From Tubulanus polymorphus (lineage: Eukaryota; Animalia; Nemertea): a stretch of 64,000 bases of DNA. A program made the position numbers and the translations under genes. Under the pieces are notes generated by a model, which saw only the letters and a list, made by a program, of their open reading frames with translations, ran no database searches and had not been told where the DNA came from. Positions 25,768 through 36,469 of the stretch are shown here, piece by piece (positions within the stretch are counted from its first letter, which is position 1; each line of letters begins with the position of its first letter). The DNA lies in NCBI RefSeq assembly GCF_964204645.1, contig NC_134025.1, positions 15,909,101 to 15,973,100 of the forward strand, given 5' to 3'.

Positions 25768-26115
25768 ATATATATTTTATAAGGAAAACGTGCAGGAAAA
25801 CCAACGTTTCCAGATATCCACGCCGGAGAGTCGGAGAACAATCGGATAGATTTGCGCGTAAAAATGTAGTAACACACGAAGAAAGCGCGCGGGAAACCGA
25901 CGTTTTTGAAATCGGCGCTGGGAGGCGGTATTATATGTGGGATTGGTAATAAGGGGTTCATGCGGAAAATGTGCGCAAACAATGTTTTCAGAATATCCGC
26001 GCGTAAAAACGTAATATTATATGCACGATAGCGCGCGGGAAACCGACGTTTTAAAAATCTGCGCCGGAAAGTGGTATTACATGTGGGATTCATAAGAAGG
26101 GGTTCATGCGGAAAT
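25768..26115 (-). repeat. Right terminal inverted repeat of the Polinton (truncated before the terminus)
   Basis: Diverged reverse complement of ~6055-6350, e.g. gcgcgcgggaaaccgacgtttt and gtattacatgtgggattcataagaagggg. Confidence 0.8.
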
Positions 26116-27155
26116 AAATTTCCCCTAGACAAAGTGGTTTACCTCGAATAGTATTTAGTCAGTGTGTTGACGATACAGAATACGTGTAAATGGGATGAAT
26201 TGTTGTCGTTCCTAATTAGGTGGATTCTTCAGTAAATTACATAGTTGAATACATGGCAGTACGTACAAGTTGTATGCAGTGGTGATAGGATTTAAATATG
26301 GAATACAGCAGACGAGAATTCAATTAATTAAGAATTAACTACACATCACAAAAAGACACATCATTTGAATAGGAATAAATCAAGTTAAAATTCAATAATG
26401 TTGTCAAATATTGTGTCTTGGTTTGTTTATTTAGGAAATAAATATATGAAGTCTCATGGTTGTGCTGATGGTTGTCAAGGATACCATTTAGTAAAATGAG
26501 AAAAATATCTAAATTTTGTATAGAAACTAAATTTATTCATTACATATTCAAAAATAATACTTATCAAATAACAATATGTGATAAAAACTCTGTTAACATT
26601 TTAAAAATGAATAAATGCTTATCGGTAAATACAGTGAATTAGCATTAAAGAGATTTGTCATATAAAACTATGATTCGTTTAACATGGATGACATCATCAG
26701 ACATTGAATGGTTGTTGATTAAATTGATTTCAATGTTTGGATCGTTAACCAAATAAGGCTGCCTCCCAAAATCCTACTACAGTGTATAAAATTGTAGTTG
26801 CCAAGTGTATAGAAGGATAGACTATAAAAATATAAAAGTGCCTTGTTAAATATCTTAATGGCATGATTAATTTGCGTTTTAGAATCAAAAATAGAATGCA
26901 TGAAATACCAAGTCCATGTCCACTTGGGGAGTGGTTTTGATACTCAACCATCTACGATAGTGTCTGGGTGTCATATTGGCAGTGAATTAATATTATAAAC
27001 TGATTGGTACATAACAATGCTTTAATATGGTTGATTAATACATGTACACCAAAGTAATTTGTCAGAAGTTAATGTTTTTCTACTACTGCTTTGAACTTAG
27101 ATGAATTATAAAGTAATTAATCAAACATAAGAAGTTGAATTATCAAACTTCAATG

Positions 27156-27535
27156 AAATTAAGATATATTATTAGAAATGATTAGATAACGCCAGTTGGA
27201 CATAGATATTTCAATCTGGCAGGCTTGTGTCGGAATCATTGTCCTCGTATTTGCATAAAATTAAGATATAATAACAGAAATGACATAGAAATTAATAACG
27301 CAGGCTAGCGTCGGAATCATTGTCCTCGAATTTGCATAAAATTAAGATATAATAACAGAAATGATTTGATAACACCTGTTGGACATAGATATTTAAATCC
27401 TGCAGGTAAACATTGGAATTATTGTCGTAGTACTGTTTAAAATTACGTTATAGTAACAGAAATGATTCGATTACACTAGTTGGACATAGATATTCTAATC
27501 CAGCAGGCAAGCGTCATAATCATCATCCTCATCCA
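27156..27535. repeat. Tandem ~101-bp minisatellite, ~4 diverged units
   Basis: aaattaagatat..aacagaaatgatt.gataac..gttggacatagatatt...cggaatcattgtcctcg recurs at ~27156, 27258, 27339 and 27438. Confidence 0.8.
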
Positions 27536-28340
27536 GTAGACGGGCGTCAGGATCTTCAGAAAAATTGTTTTGAGTTGTGACAGCTGGTTTGTTACTCCCT
27601 GCCGAATTAAAATATTTATTAGACCATTATTCATGTTGCCATGATAAATATATTTTTGGGCATTAAGTGGTGGGACATTATATGAGGGGATTTTCCTAGT
27701 AATTTGATTTCAATCAATTTTGTTTTCATGGAAGAAAATTGCGGTGATTGGATCATGAAAATTAGCAATTGCGTGATAATATTGCACGATATTTTGACGA
27801 GGGATAGTGAAATTTTATAACAATGAGTATCAAAACATACTGAAAGTTTGTTACTAACTAATAATGAAGTGAATAAGTGAATACATACAGGTTATTTTTG
27901 ATGAACGGATTACATGCATTTGGTTTTAGACCTTGCACGTATAGTTTAATTTGTTTAGAAGTTTGAGTTTAGACTAAATTTTGTATTTAGCCAGCTATTA
28001 ACTAATGATGTGTATTTTTAGGAGGATATATAATTTACCCGAGGTGGAGGCTTTATGCTGTTTTTTAATGTCATTTTCTGCCGTAGAGTCACCTGTAAAT
28101 ATACATACAGTAATTTCATATAATATCCAACAAATTTTGAAAACAATATTTAGCACAATACATCAGAAGGTTCTGTCTATAGAGGTAATGCTGGATTTTG
28201 AAAATTTTAACTGGTACAGTCAATTATTTGGTTATATTTTGGTAAGCTTGCACACCTTGAACCGTACAAACAAGAAATTTATTTATTTTTGAACCAGTTT
28301 GAACGAAATGTTGAATATCTGGTAGCATATAAGGCAAAGT

Positions 28341-29870
28341 TTAATATATGTCGGGAATCGTCCTTTTGAAAATCATTTAGAATACCTAAAATCTTTAGTT
28401 GAAGTTGCCCAATTTCAGTCATGCATTCAATGACGTCTTGTTCCATGTCTTGATTTCCATTGTCTCGATTATTTGAAGAAGTAGGTTCTTTTCTACGGAA
28501 TAAGTGGTAACTTCATCATTTGTTGAAATTGATGACCCATAATAGAGAAGAGGAGTTTCTGATTCAATGCCTAGGAAGGTAACATTTGCGATTGTCCCTT
28601 CAGGAGTTTTTAACTGAAAATAACATATGCATATAACATGAAAATAAGATTTAGATAGTGTCCAATTATATGGATAAGGTGTTTAAGGTCTTTTTAAAGG
28701 TTTATTTGTGTATTTGTGCGCAAGTAGGGGCGTTATGAGAAATTTATTTTTGAAAATTATCTTTAGCTATCTTACTGTGATTTCTGTTTTATAAGATCTG
28801 AGTTGTTTGATATTATCTTTGGTTGTTGCAGTTCCCAGGTGTATGATGGTAGTTCTGTCCACTAGTATTATTGGAGATTATGATTAATCTGCCCACAAAA
28901 CAACGTCAATATTGGCAGTTTTGTCATCTACAACCTTGTTTCTGACTTTAATGTTAGCACCAGTGGCTGTAATTTTAACTTCCCTAGGTTCTTCGTACTG
29001 GAAATAAGGTAAAACAGAAATATTTGTAATCATTACGAGAAATATCTTTAATAATAAAGTGAATAGGCCTGAAATGAGTATTTTTACAGTTGATTGTGAT
29101 TAGTTTATATCCTGTCATGTGACTCAATATTCATAACAGTTTAATTGGAAAAATTATTGGACAGCTCGGGATTAATTTAACAGCATGACAGCGTACCTGA
29201 TTATCAAATCAGAACTTTTTGGCTGGACAGCTATTACGTGGCCAATAATTCCCTAACCCGGACATGAATGCTTTGTGGCATAATTACCAGAAAGCGAGCT
29301 AAGGTATTAATAGTTTATTTTTACATATGAATGCAGTATGGTAGCTTATTATAAATGATAGAGGCTCTAGGCATCATAAGTCAATTTCTTATGTACATAA
29401 TGGTTTAATGTTTGTATACGAGTATGAAAAGTAATTCTGGAGGTTATTAATTTACCTTTACGATTCTTCAAGTTATACTGGACAAAATGGAGTCAGTATC
29501 ATTGAACTTGATTTCGGCAATATAACGTGCCACTGGAGCTATTTCTATAATTAAAGCTCTGGGTTCTTCAACCACATTTTGAGGAACATAGATCTTTTTT
29601 GTTTTGGTAATAACACACTTGATAATAGCATATGTTTCTTTCCTATTTCAAAATTCCTTAGTAGAACCGAGTTGCCTTCTTTTAATTTTCCATCTATGCA
29701 GTCTTCATAACTTATAGCCTTGCACGTTCTATCTTCATCGCAGATTGCATATTCATATTTGTTTGTATGTTGGTTAAAGGGCAAATGCCATCAAAATAGT
29801 ACTTTCCACGATTTCTTTACCAGAAGAAACTTTAGTATACATATAACGACCTGAGATGTGACTTACTGAA
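28341..29870 (-). pseudogene. Spliced multi-OB-fold (RPA/SSB-like) gene; exons ~29870-29456, 28997-28776, 28613-~28341
   Basis: Exon 1 reads YAICDEDRTCKAISYE...LKEGNSVLLRNF; exon 2 reads YEEPREVKIT...KVRNKVVDDKTANIDVVLWAD (OB-fold D.Tg.I.v.LW pattern). Canonical GT-AG junctions, with exon 2 in phase 0-0. Stops and frameshifts present. Confidence 0.65.
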
Positions 29871-30179
29871 AAAAGGAGCATGAATTAGCCGTAATAGTTA
29901 GCGGAATATTCATCTATTTATCCTTCACTACGTGCGTATAGTTCATATTCAACCCGTGGGTGGCGCTATCTGTGATGTTAACCATGACAATCAACACAAG
30001 CACATGTGTGCGCTAGTACGCGTAGGCTATGTATAATCGTTAAAATGAACATCATTTGTTAACCGTATTCACCGACCTACAGTGCTACTCACTAATATAC
30101 TATTCCCACTACGTGGCGCTGCGATGACGAGAGACGTGGTTTTTAGTTGTTCTCGGTGAGTTATTTTTTTCTTTTAGTT

Positions 30180-30590
30180 GCTTTGGTAGCGACTTGGAAG
30201 ACTGTATTTGGTGTGCAGCCGGTATATATCCTTAAGAGAGATATCGTTTTATTTTCGCTTTGGTAGCGATATGGAAGACTGTATTTGGTATGCAGCCGGT
30301 ATCTTTCCTTAAGAGAGATATCGTTTTATTTTCGCTTTGGTAGCGATTTGGAAGACTGTATTTGGTATGCAGCCAATATCTCTCCTTAAGAGAGGTATCG
30401 TTGTTTTATCGCTTTGGTAGCGATTGGAAGACCGTTTTTGGTATGCTGCCCGTATCTTTCCTTTTAGAGAGATATCGTTGTTTTATAGCTTTGGTAGCGA
30501 TTTTTAGATATGTTTTTTGGTTTGTAGCCAGTATCTTTGGGAGATATCGGTTTTATTTTGTCGTTTTGGTGACGACGGAAGACTGTTTTA
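30180..30590 (+). repeat. Tandem ~77-bp repeat, ~5.5 units, in the element leader
   Basis: gctttggtagcgat.tggaagactgtatttggtatgcagcc...agagatatcgtt recurs at ~30180, 30257, 30333, 30411, 30488 and 30563. Confidence 0.9.
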
Positions 30591-30884
30591 GTAGATTTTC
30601 TCGTTATTATAGGTCCATGGTCAAACGTTTAGTTGCGTGCTTTGTAGTCGTTCAATTTTGCCCGTTTATAGCCTGGTCTGCGTGTGTATTCTCTGAATGT
30701 GTTTGGCCTTGGTCTCGGCCAATTGATCTTGTGCCGTTGTTCCGTGGGCGGGCAGTGATCTGTTGAAGATAATAACTTTGCGTTTGGCTGGTTTTTGGTT
30801 TTCAATTTTGTGAGCGATATGTTGGTTTTAATACATTGTTTGATACGGCGTTTTCTGTTATTTCCACAATTTTGTTTTTCAGTT

Positions 30885-31962
30885 ATGGAGTCTGATTTGT
30901 TGAAACAGCGTGACGCGCTGGTGGATAAAGACCTGTTTGGGCTTTTTACAAAGCTGAAGGATAACCCTGGGGAGCCGTCTATTTTGGCACGTTTGGAAAA
31001 GTGCAAACCCCTGGATAACGCACCGCCGCAGTATATTAAAGACTGTGTTTTTAATTTGACAGGTACTTATTTTTCGGCACTGTGGATTTAATGTTCGCTT
31101 TATATTAGTTTTAGTGTCGGTCTGCTATCTGCATTGGTCTGCATTGTTATTTCTTCTGAGTGTAATTTTTTGTATTTTGCGTTTTCAGGGAAGAAAGCCG
31201 AAGATTCGTTAGATTTTCTTGCTTGGAAAGAGGATAGGATGGCTTTTCTCGCTCATCACTTGATCATACATGCTAACTCAGTGTCTTCTTCGCTACCACA
31301 GTGCCCTAAACGGAAGAGCGAATCTCAGAAACCCGTAGAACCTGTGGATGTTCCTTCATCTTCCATTGAAGGAAGAATTGATGAGCTCGAAAAGAAGTTG
31401 AAGGAAGGCGAAGACGAGGACGTCGACTCAGCGGTAGAAAAGGTGAGAGCAGCCTGTCGCCGGCCTAAGAATTATTTTGATAGGTGTTTTCTACTGGGGT
31501 GCCTCGAGAATTTAGACGAGGTCGCTACTTGGTGCCAGCACGAAAAAGCGAAATTTTATAAGTCTGTTAAGTCTTAGGACATTGAAAGACAATTTCGATT
31601 GTGGCTCTCTGCAGCACCTTGCCCTTAGGCTTATTGGCTCCACTGACGACGACAAGGTTGCCAAGGTCACATCAAAGTGGAGGAAAGAGTTCAAAGAAAA
31701 AGATCCCGAAAAGAAGACGCCCACAGACACTGTGGAATCCACGTCGACTGCAAACCACTAGATGCCTTTTGGTTATAATACCCCGTTTGGGCCTTGGGGA
31801 TCATGGGGTTTTCCGGGACAGGGTGGATTTAATTTCCAGCGGAATTTTTCCCCTAGGGGTAGATTTTACCGTCCCAATTGGGGCCGTAATTCTACTTGCT
31901 TCATGTGCCAGAAGCCTGGGCATTTCGTGAAAGACTGCCCTGATATTAAGGGCAAAAATTAA
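30885..31962 (+). pseudogene. Gag-like ORF1 with intron 31063-31188 and C-terminal CCHC zinc knuckle
   Basis: ACAG|gtactt...ttttcag|GG joins ORF 30795 to ORF 31134 in frame. Ends CFMCQKPGHFVKDC. Contains a frameshift and a stop. Confidence 0.75.
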
Positions 31963-32297
31963 TAATATGTTGGTGCTTTAGCATTTTTCTATTTATAGGG
32001 CTTAAGATAGTTTTGGACGAATCGGGATGTCTATGGGTTGATCGGGGTCGTTTCCTCCAACCCTACAGTGTATATTGTTTGGCATCGAAGCCGCAGTAGA
32101 TTTTGATGTTTGTCAGTATTAAAATTTAAGTCTTTGTATTTTGATTTTCCATTAGGTGTTTTTGTTAGTTTTTTGGGTTTCTGCTTTCTGGTCACAGCCA
32201 CACGAGCTTGCCGTCATGGTTCTCCATGCTGATCGGAAGGCTGGGCTGGTCTCCTCCTTTTGGATAATTTTTGGATTATGATTCTTATTCTTTCTAG

Positions 32298-34482
32298 GTC
32301 ACGATAGGAAATCGGGCGGCCTTGGTATCCGATTGTGAGGGATTCGTTCAGCCTCCCGACCAGCATGCTATTCTCGGTGATACAGGTTATCCCATGGTTA
32401 CAGGACCACATACGGATTCTGTTGGGAACTCTAGTTCTGCGTGTACCCCTATTTCGGCGGAAGATGTGGCCAAGGAACCGTTAATCTATCGCCATCTTTC
32501 TGTAGATGACCTCTTGTTTCCGGACACGGACGCCTTTTATGCTGGTAACCTGCTGAACCACGATGAGGAGTGGGCATTTATTTTCAGTAAACTTTACACT
32601 CTACCCGATATTCAAGGTTGGGTTAAAAAAGGGGTTCAAGTTCCAGATTTTTTCCGGTGTTTCAGGGGTCAATATAAAGGCGAAAATTATAGTTTCGCTT
32701 CGCCACCCCCTCGCATATTTAGATATGCCGGGATTTGTGATACCTTTCGGTCTTTTATTTTGCAGACGCTGGCATCTCGCCTGCGAAATGGATCAATCCG
32801 GGTTTGGGGAAAAGTTGGTTCATGCACGCCCCCGTTACTTGTAATGCCCCTGACTGTGGAGCCGAGTAAACCTCGATTATGTCACGACGAGAGATTTTTA
32901 AATCTCTGGATTAAAGATTCACCTTTCAATCTAGAAACCCTGAATATGATACCACGACTGTGTGATGAAGGTTTTTTCATGTCTACTCTTGATGATAAAA
33001 GTGGGTACGACCATGTACGAGTGACTGATGGAAGCGAGACCTTTTTGGGTTTTGAATGGGAAAGCTTTTACTACGTTTATAGAGTGCTTCCTTTCGGCTT
33101 TTGTTTACCAAAAGATCGGCATGGTAGCTTCTGAATACATTAGATCGCTAGGGGTCGCCATCCTCCAGTATATAGATGACCGTTTTGTCGGTGAATTTTA
33201 TTGCTCAGATATAACGGGCTTAGAAAGGGGCAACTTGGCAGCGTATATCGCTTGCGAGATTCTAATTCGGCTAGGTTATTTTTTGAATTTACAGAAGTCA
33301 GTTTGTAAGCCTGATAATACGGCGCGGTGGTTAGGCATGATTGTTGATTCTTTAAGAATGTGTCTTCGGCTACCCCAGGATAAAAAGATCAAGTTCGCAA
33401 AGTTGCGGGAGTTCATTTTGAATTCGTCGGAAGTAGACATCAAGACAATGCAGCGCTTCGTGGGAAAGTTGATTTCTTTCTCCCTGGCCGTTCACGCTAC
33501 AAAGATATTCACGAAAGAGGCAAACAAGGAGAATTCCTCCGCCTCAAAAAATTATCGTCGTATTCCAGTTAAAGGAGAGTTGAGAGAGGAAGTATGCTAC
33601 TGGCGTTTTCTGGATGATTGGGATGGCGTTATGAAATGGAGAGGGGAATGCCATAAAGCTGTTACTTTACAGTCTGACTCCTCTGGTTTTCGATGGGGGG
33701 GGGGGGGGGGTTATGGAGTTGGATGGATGTAACGTAGAGGTAGGAGACTACTGGGAGCCTTCTATTTTGTCCTCGGCTATTGCCGTGAAAGAAACGTTAG
33801 CGCTGGTGGAGGTGCTACGGGCGTTCTCTGAGCATGTCAAGGATAGCAGGATTGATGCCCTCGTTGATGACAAAACTTTAACAGCGGTATGGGAGGGGTC
33901 CAAGTCGAGGGACCTCAATAATGCCGTTAAAACTCTTTTCAAGAAACTCTTTTCTGACCTGAATATATATTTGAAGTTGCATTTTGTACCTTCCCAGGAA
34001 AATTTGGCCGATGCACCATCAAACAAATTTCGAAGAGTGATGCTACTTTGACCCACGATTGCTGGGAAAACGTGCAGAATTGGTTTGGCGGATTTAGTGG
34101 CTTTGGATTCTAATTTGGATTCTAATACCATGAAACTAGGGATGGGACTCCACTACGGCACTTTACTCCTTGGCCCACGCCATTCCCAGCGGGGGTCGAT
34201 GTTTTCGCCCAAGATTGTTATGTATTCCCCCCGTTCTCCCGGGTCGCTGCGGTTATCCGTTTTGTGAGTTTGTTTAGGGTACCAACATCTTTGGTTGTGC
34301 CGTTTTGGCACCATCGACCGTTCTGGTGGCCGCTGCTGCTCAGCTTGGCTTCTGAGATAAAGCTTTTAGGTCGCAGAGGTGATATGAATGTTTTGTTGTA
34401 CCCTAGCAAGGATGGTTTTTGCGCTGATGAGAAAGGTCTGCCTTTTGATCTGTATGTTGCAAGGCTAGAAGGGCAATCCTAA
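32298..34482 (+). pseudogene. DIRS-type reverse transcriptase + RNase H + N6-adenine methyltransferase-like domain
   Basis: KPRLCHDER, LDDKSGYDHV, VLPFG and YIDD (RT); SDSSG..WG, KETLA, VDD and NLADAPS (RNase H); YVFPPF at ~34219 (MT). Frameshifted. Confidence 0.88.
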
Positions 34483-34536
34483 CGTGTCGATGGTAATAAA
34501 TATTTGTTTTCAAAACATATCTTGTATTTCATTCAG

Positions 34537-35733
34537 TCTTTGGTTCTTCGAGAGGAATTGAAATATCTTATTGACAATCGAATGGCGCAGATTGACGAAT
34601 TGACTTTGGGAACGAAATATGGAAAACAGAAGGGGAGTTTGGTGAATGAACTCGAGTGTTAACTCCAAGTTATGGATCAGAATAAAACTGTTTTAAATGT
34701 CGTTCCCGGGGACATATGTGGTTTCCTGATTTCCAAGGATTCCAAGGGAAAGACAATTGTACATTTCGATCATTGCCCGTTTAGGGGAAGTAAGGCTAAA
34801 AATCCTGGTTGTCTCTGTCCAAGGCGCCTGGCGGCAGGTACTGTTGATTCGTACATAGGCAAATTAAGAGCCTATTTTAACGAGTTGGGTCGCGTAGGGA
34901 GGTGGCAACCCTTCACCGGCCTCGGAAATCCAGTGTTTTCGCCTACAGTGGATAGGTATTTACTGGCAATCAAAAGGGAACAGTCGTGGGCGGCCGTGAT
35001 TCCTACCCAAGCCTGTCCTATTTTACCCAGCAAATTTAGGAAGCTACTTTCTTATATTAACAGCAAGTTTTTCTTCGAAGAAAGTGTCTCTGCGCAGTTT
35101 ATCTTGCTTAGAGATTTTGCGTTTTTCGCGTGCCTTATCTGGGCTGGAGATGGGGGCTCGGATTTTGGTAGAATTAGGTTTAACAATGTACTTATAAAGA
35201 CTGACTCAACAGAGGCGATTTTTAACCTTACTTTTGGGAAAACGCTTCGGGGTACAACTAAGCCGGTGGTAATCCAGAAACTGGAAGATTCGTAGTTATG
35301 CCCAGTTAGAGGGCTGCAAAGGTACTGCGATTTTTGTAAGGATGCTAATATATCTTTGAACAATGGTTTCTTGTTTAGGGTTACTGATGGCCGCGATGAT
35401 ACTTAATAAACCCTTCGTTGGCTCTGCGATTAACAGCCGCCTTAAGGGTTATTTGTTAGCCTTGGGTATGGACGAGGGCGAGAGTGTGCATAGTTTCAGA
35501 GTAGGTACCTTTGTGATTTTAGCTACGTCGGGAACAGCGTGGACGACGTCACTAGTTACATGGGCTGGGGAAGAGGATCAAGCATGCCCAAGTATTACAG
35601 TGCCATTGACAGGGTTATGACAACCCGTGCAAAGGCTAAATACGTAGGCGCGGCGTTATCGGCTGAAAGATCCATTGATCCAAAGCGTGAGTACGATGTA
35701 TCGAACAGAGTGAATGATTTTGTTAAGCTTTAG
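34537..35733 (+). pseudogene. Tyrosine recombinase with N-terminal ALOG domain
   Basis: FL..KD.KGKT.VH..C.F.G.....C.CPRRLAAGTVDSYIGKLRAYF...GNP is the ALOG signature. Also GKTLRG, HSFR, MGW and YYS; the catalytic Arg position reads GDGGSD. Stops and frameshifts present. Confidence 0.88.
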
Positions 35734-36469
35734 GCCCGGGTTGACTGTTTTTGATACATGAATAAATATTATGTATAATTTAGAGGGTAGCCTTTATTTG
35801 TTTTTTATGTTTTGGGTTTTGGGTGTTGTTTTTTGTTCATTCCTTACGTTTCGGCGATGATGGGTTGTTGGCATGGGCGATTCTTTTCCCAACACCTAAA
35901 TATCTGGAGCGTCATCGCACAACAGGAGTGATAATATATTACTATTATTATTACATATACAATGGTAGCAACACTATACAATGGTAAGAGTTTATATATT
36001 CAAATCACTCCCAAAACGATAAAATACAGCATGAACTGTCTAGTGAAATGACTGGAAGCCGCGAGCTTTTGTCAGAGATGACGTCAGAAACACGCACCTG
36101 CCAAGATAAACAATAACGGTGAGCACGTGCTGAAATTGCCGATTTAAAAGTCATATTTCTCAGGATTGGCTGAACTAAAGTTCAAACCAGTTCCATATAT
36201 GATATTTGTGAATACATCACATTTGAAAATGAATTTTACACAATATTCTACTTTGATGGCATATGCTCTTTAAGTTATGCTCTTTAGCAGCTATCAGGAC
36301 TTTCACAGGTTTGGTATAAAATTTTCTGTTGTTGAGCACTATGTGTCTTAGAGAAAGCATCTGTAAAAGAATAAGAAGTAATTGGTTATAAGCATTTGAG
36401 ATGATGTTTAGTGTTTTTTTTCCATTTGCAGACAGGAAATCAATAATGCAGTGGTACAGATGTATGTTT

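Larger units (their letters stand above)
5954..26115 (-). mobile_element. Degenerate Polinton/Maverick (adintovirus-like) endogenous element, internally deleted
   Basis: Begins with the AGTAGT terminus at 5954. ~400-bp terminal repeats at 5954-6350 and inverted at ~25768-26115. INT-penton-core-MCP-protease gene order on the minus strand. No pPolB or packaging ATPase recognised. Confidence 0.85.
30100..35945 (+). mobile_element. DIRS-like tyrosine-recombinase retrotransposon with ALOG-type YR (gag, RT/RNase H, methyltransferase, YR); ends approximate
   Basis: The domain order is read from the ORFs listed below. Short inverted motifs tgcgatgacg (~30120) and cgtcatcgca (~35910) lie near the apparent ends. 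Confidence 0.85.

Noticed and set aside
25749-26132. 127-aa ORF and the similar ORFs at 5909-6348
   Set aside because: They lie within the terminal inverted repeats and show no protein motif.
26115-26140. CTAG as a Helitron 3' end
   Set aside because: No convincing subterminal GC hairpin or A|T target; boundary unresolved.
26870-26930. WTWYFMH resembling an Erv/ALR sulfhydryl oxidase motif
   Set aside because: No CxxC follows, and another frame with splice sites explains the region better.
30180-30590. Possible CRISPR-like array (also 27156-27535)
   Set aside because: Whole units repeat with no unique spacers, there are no cas genes, and the context is eukaryotic.
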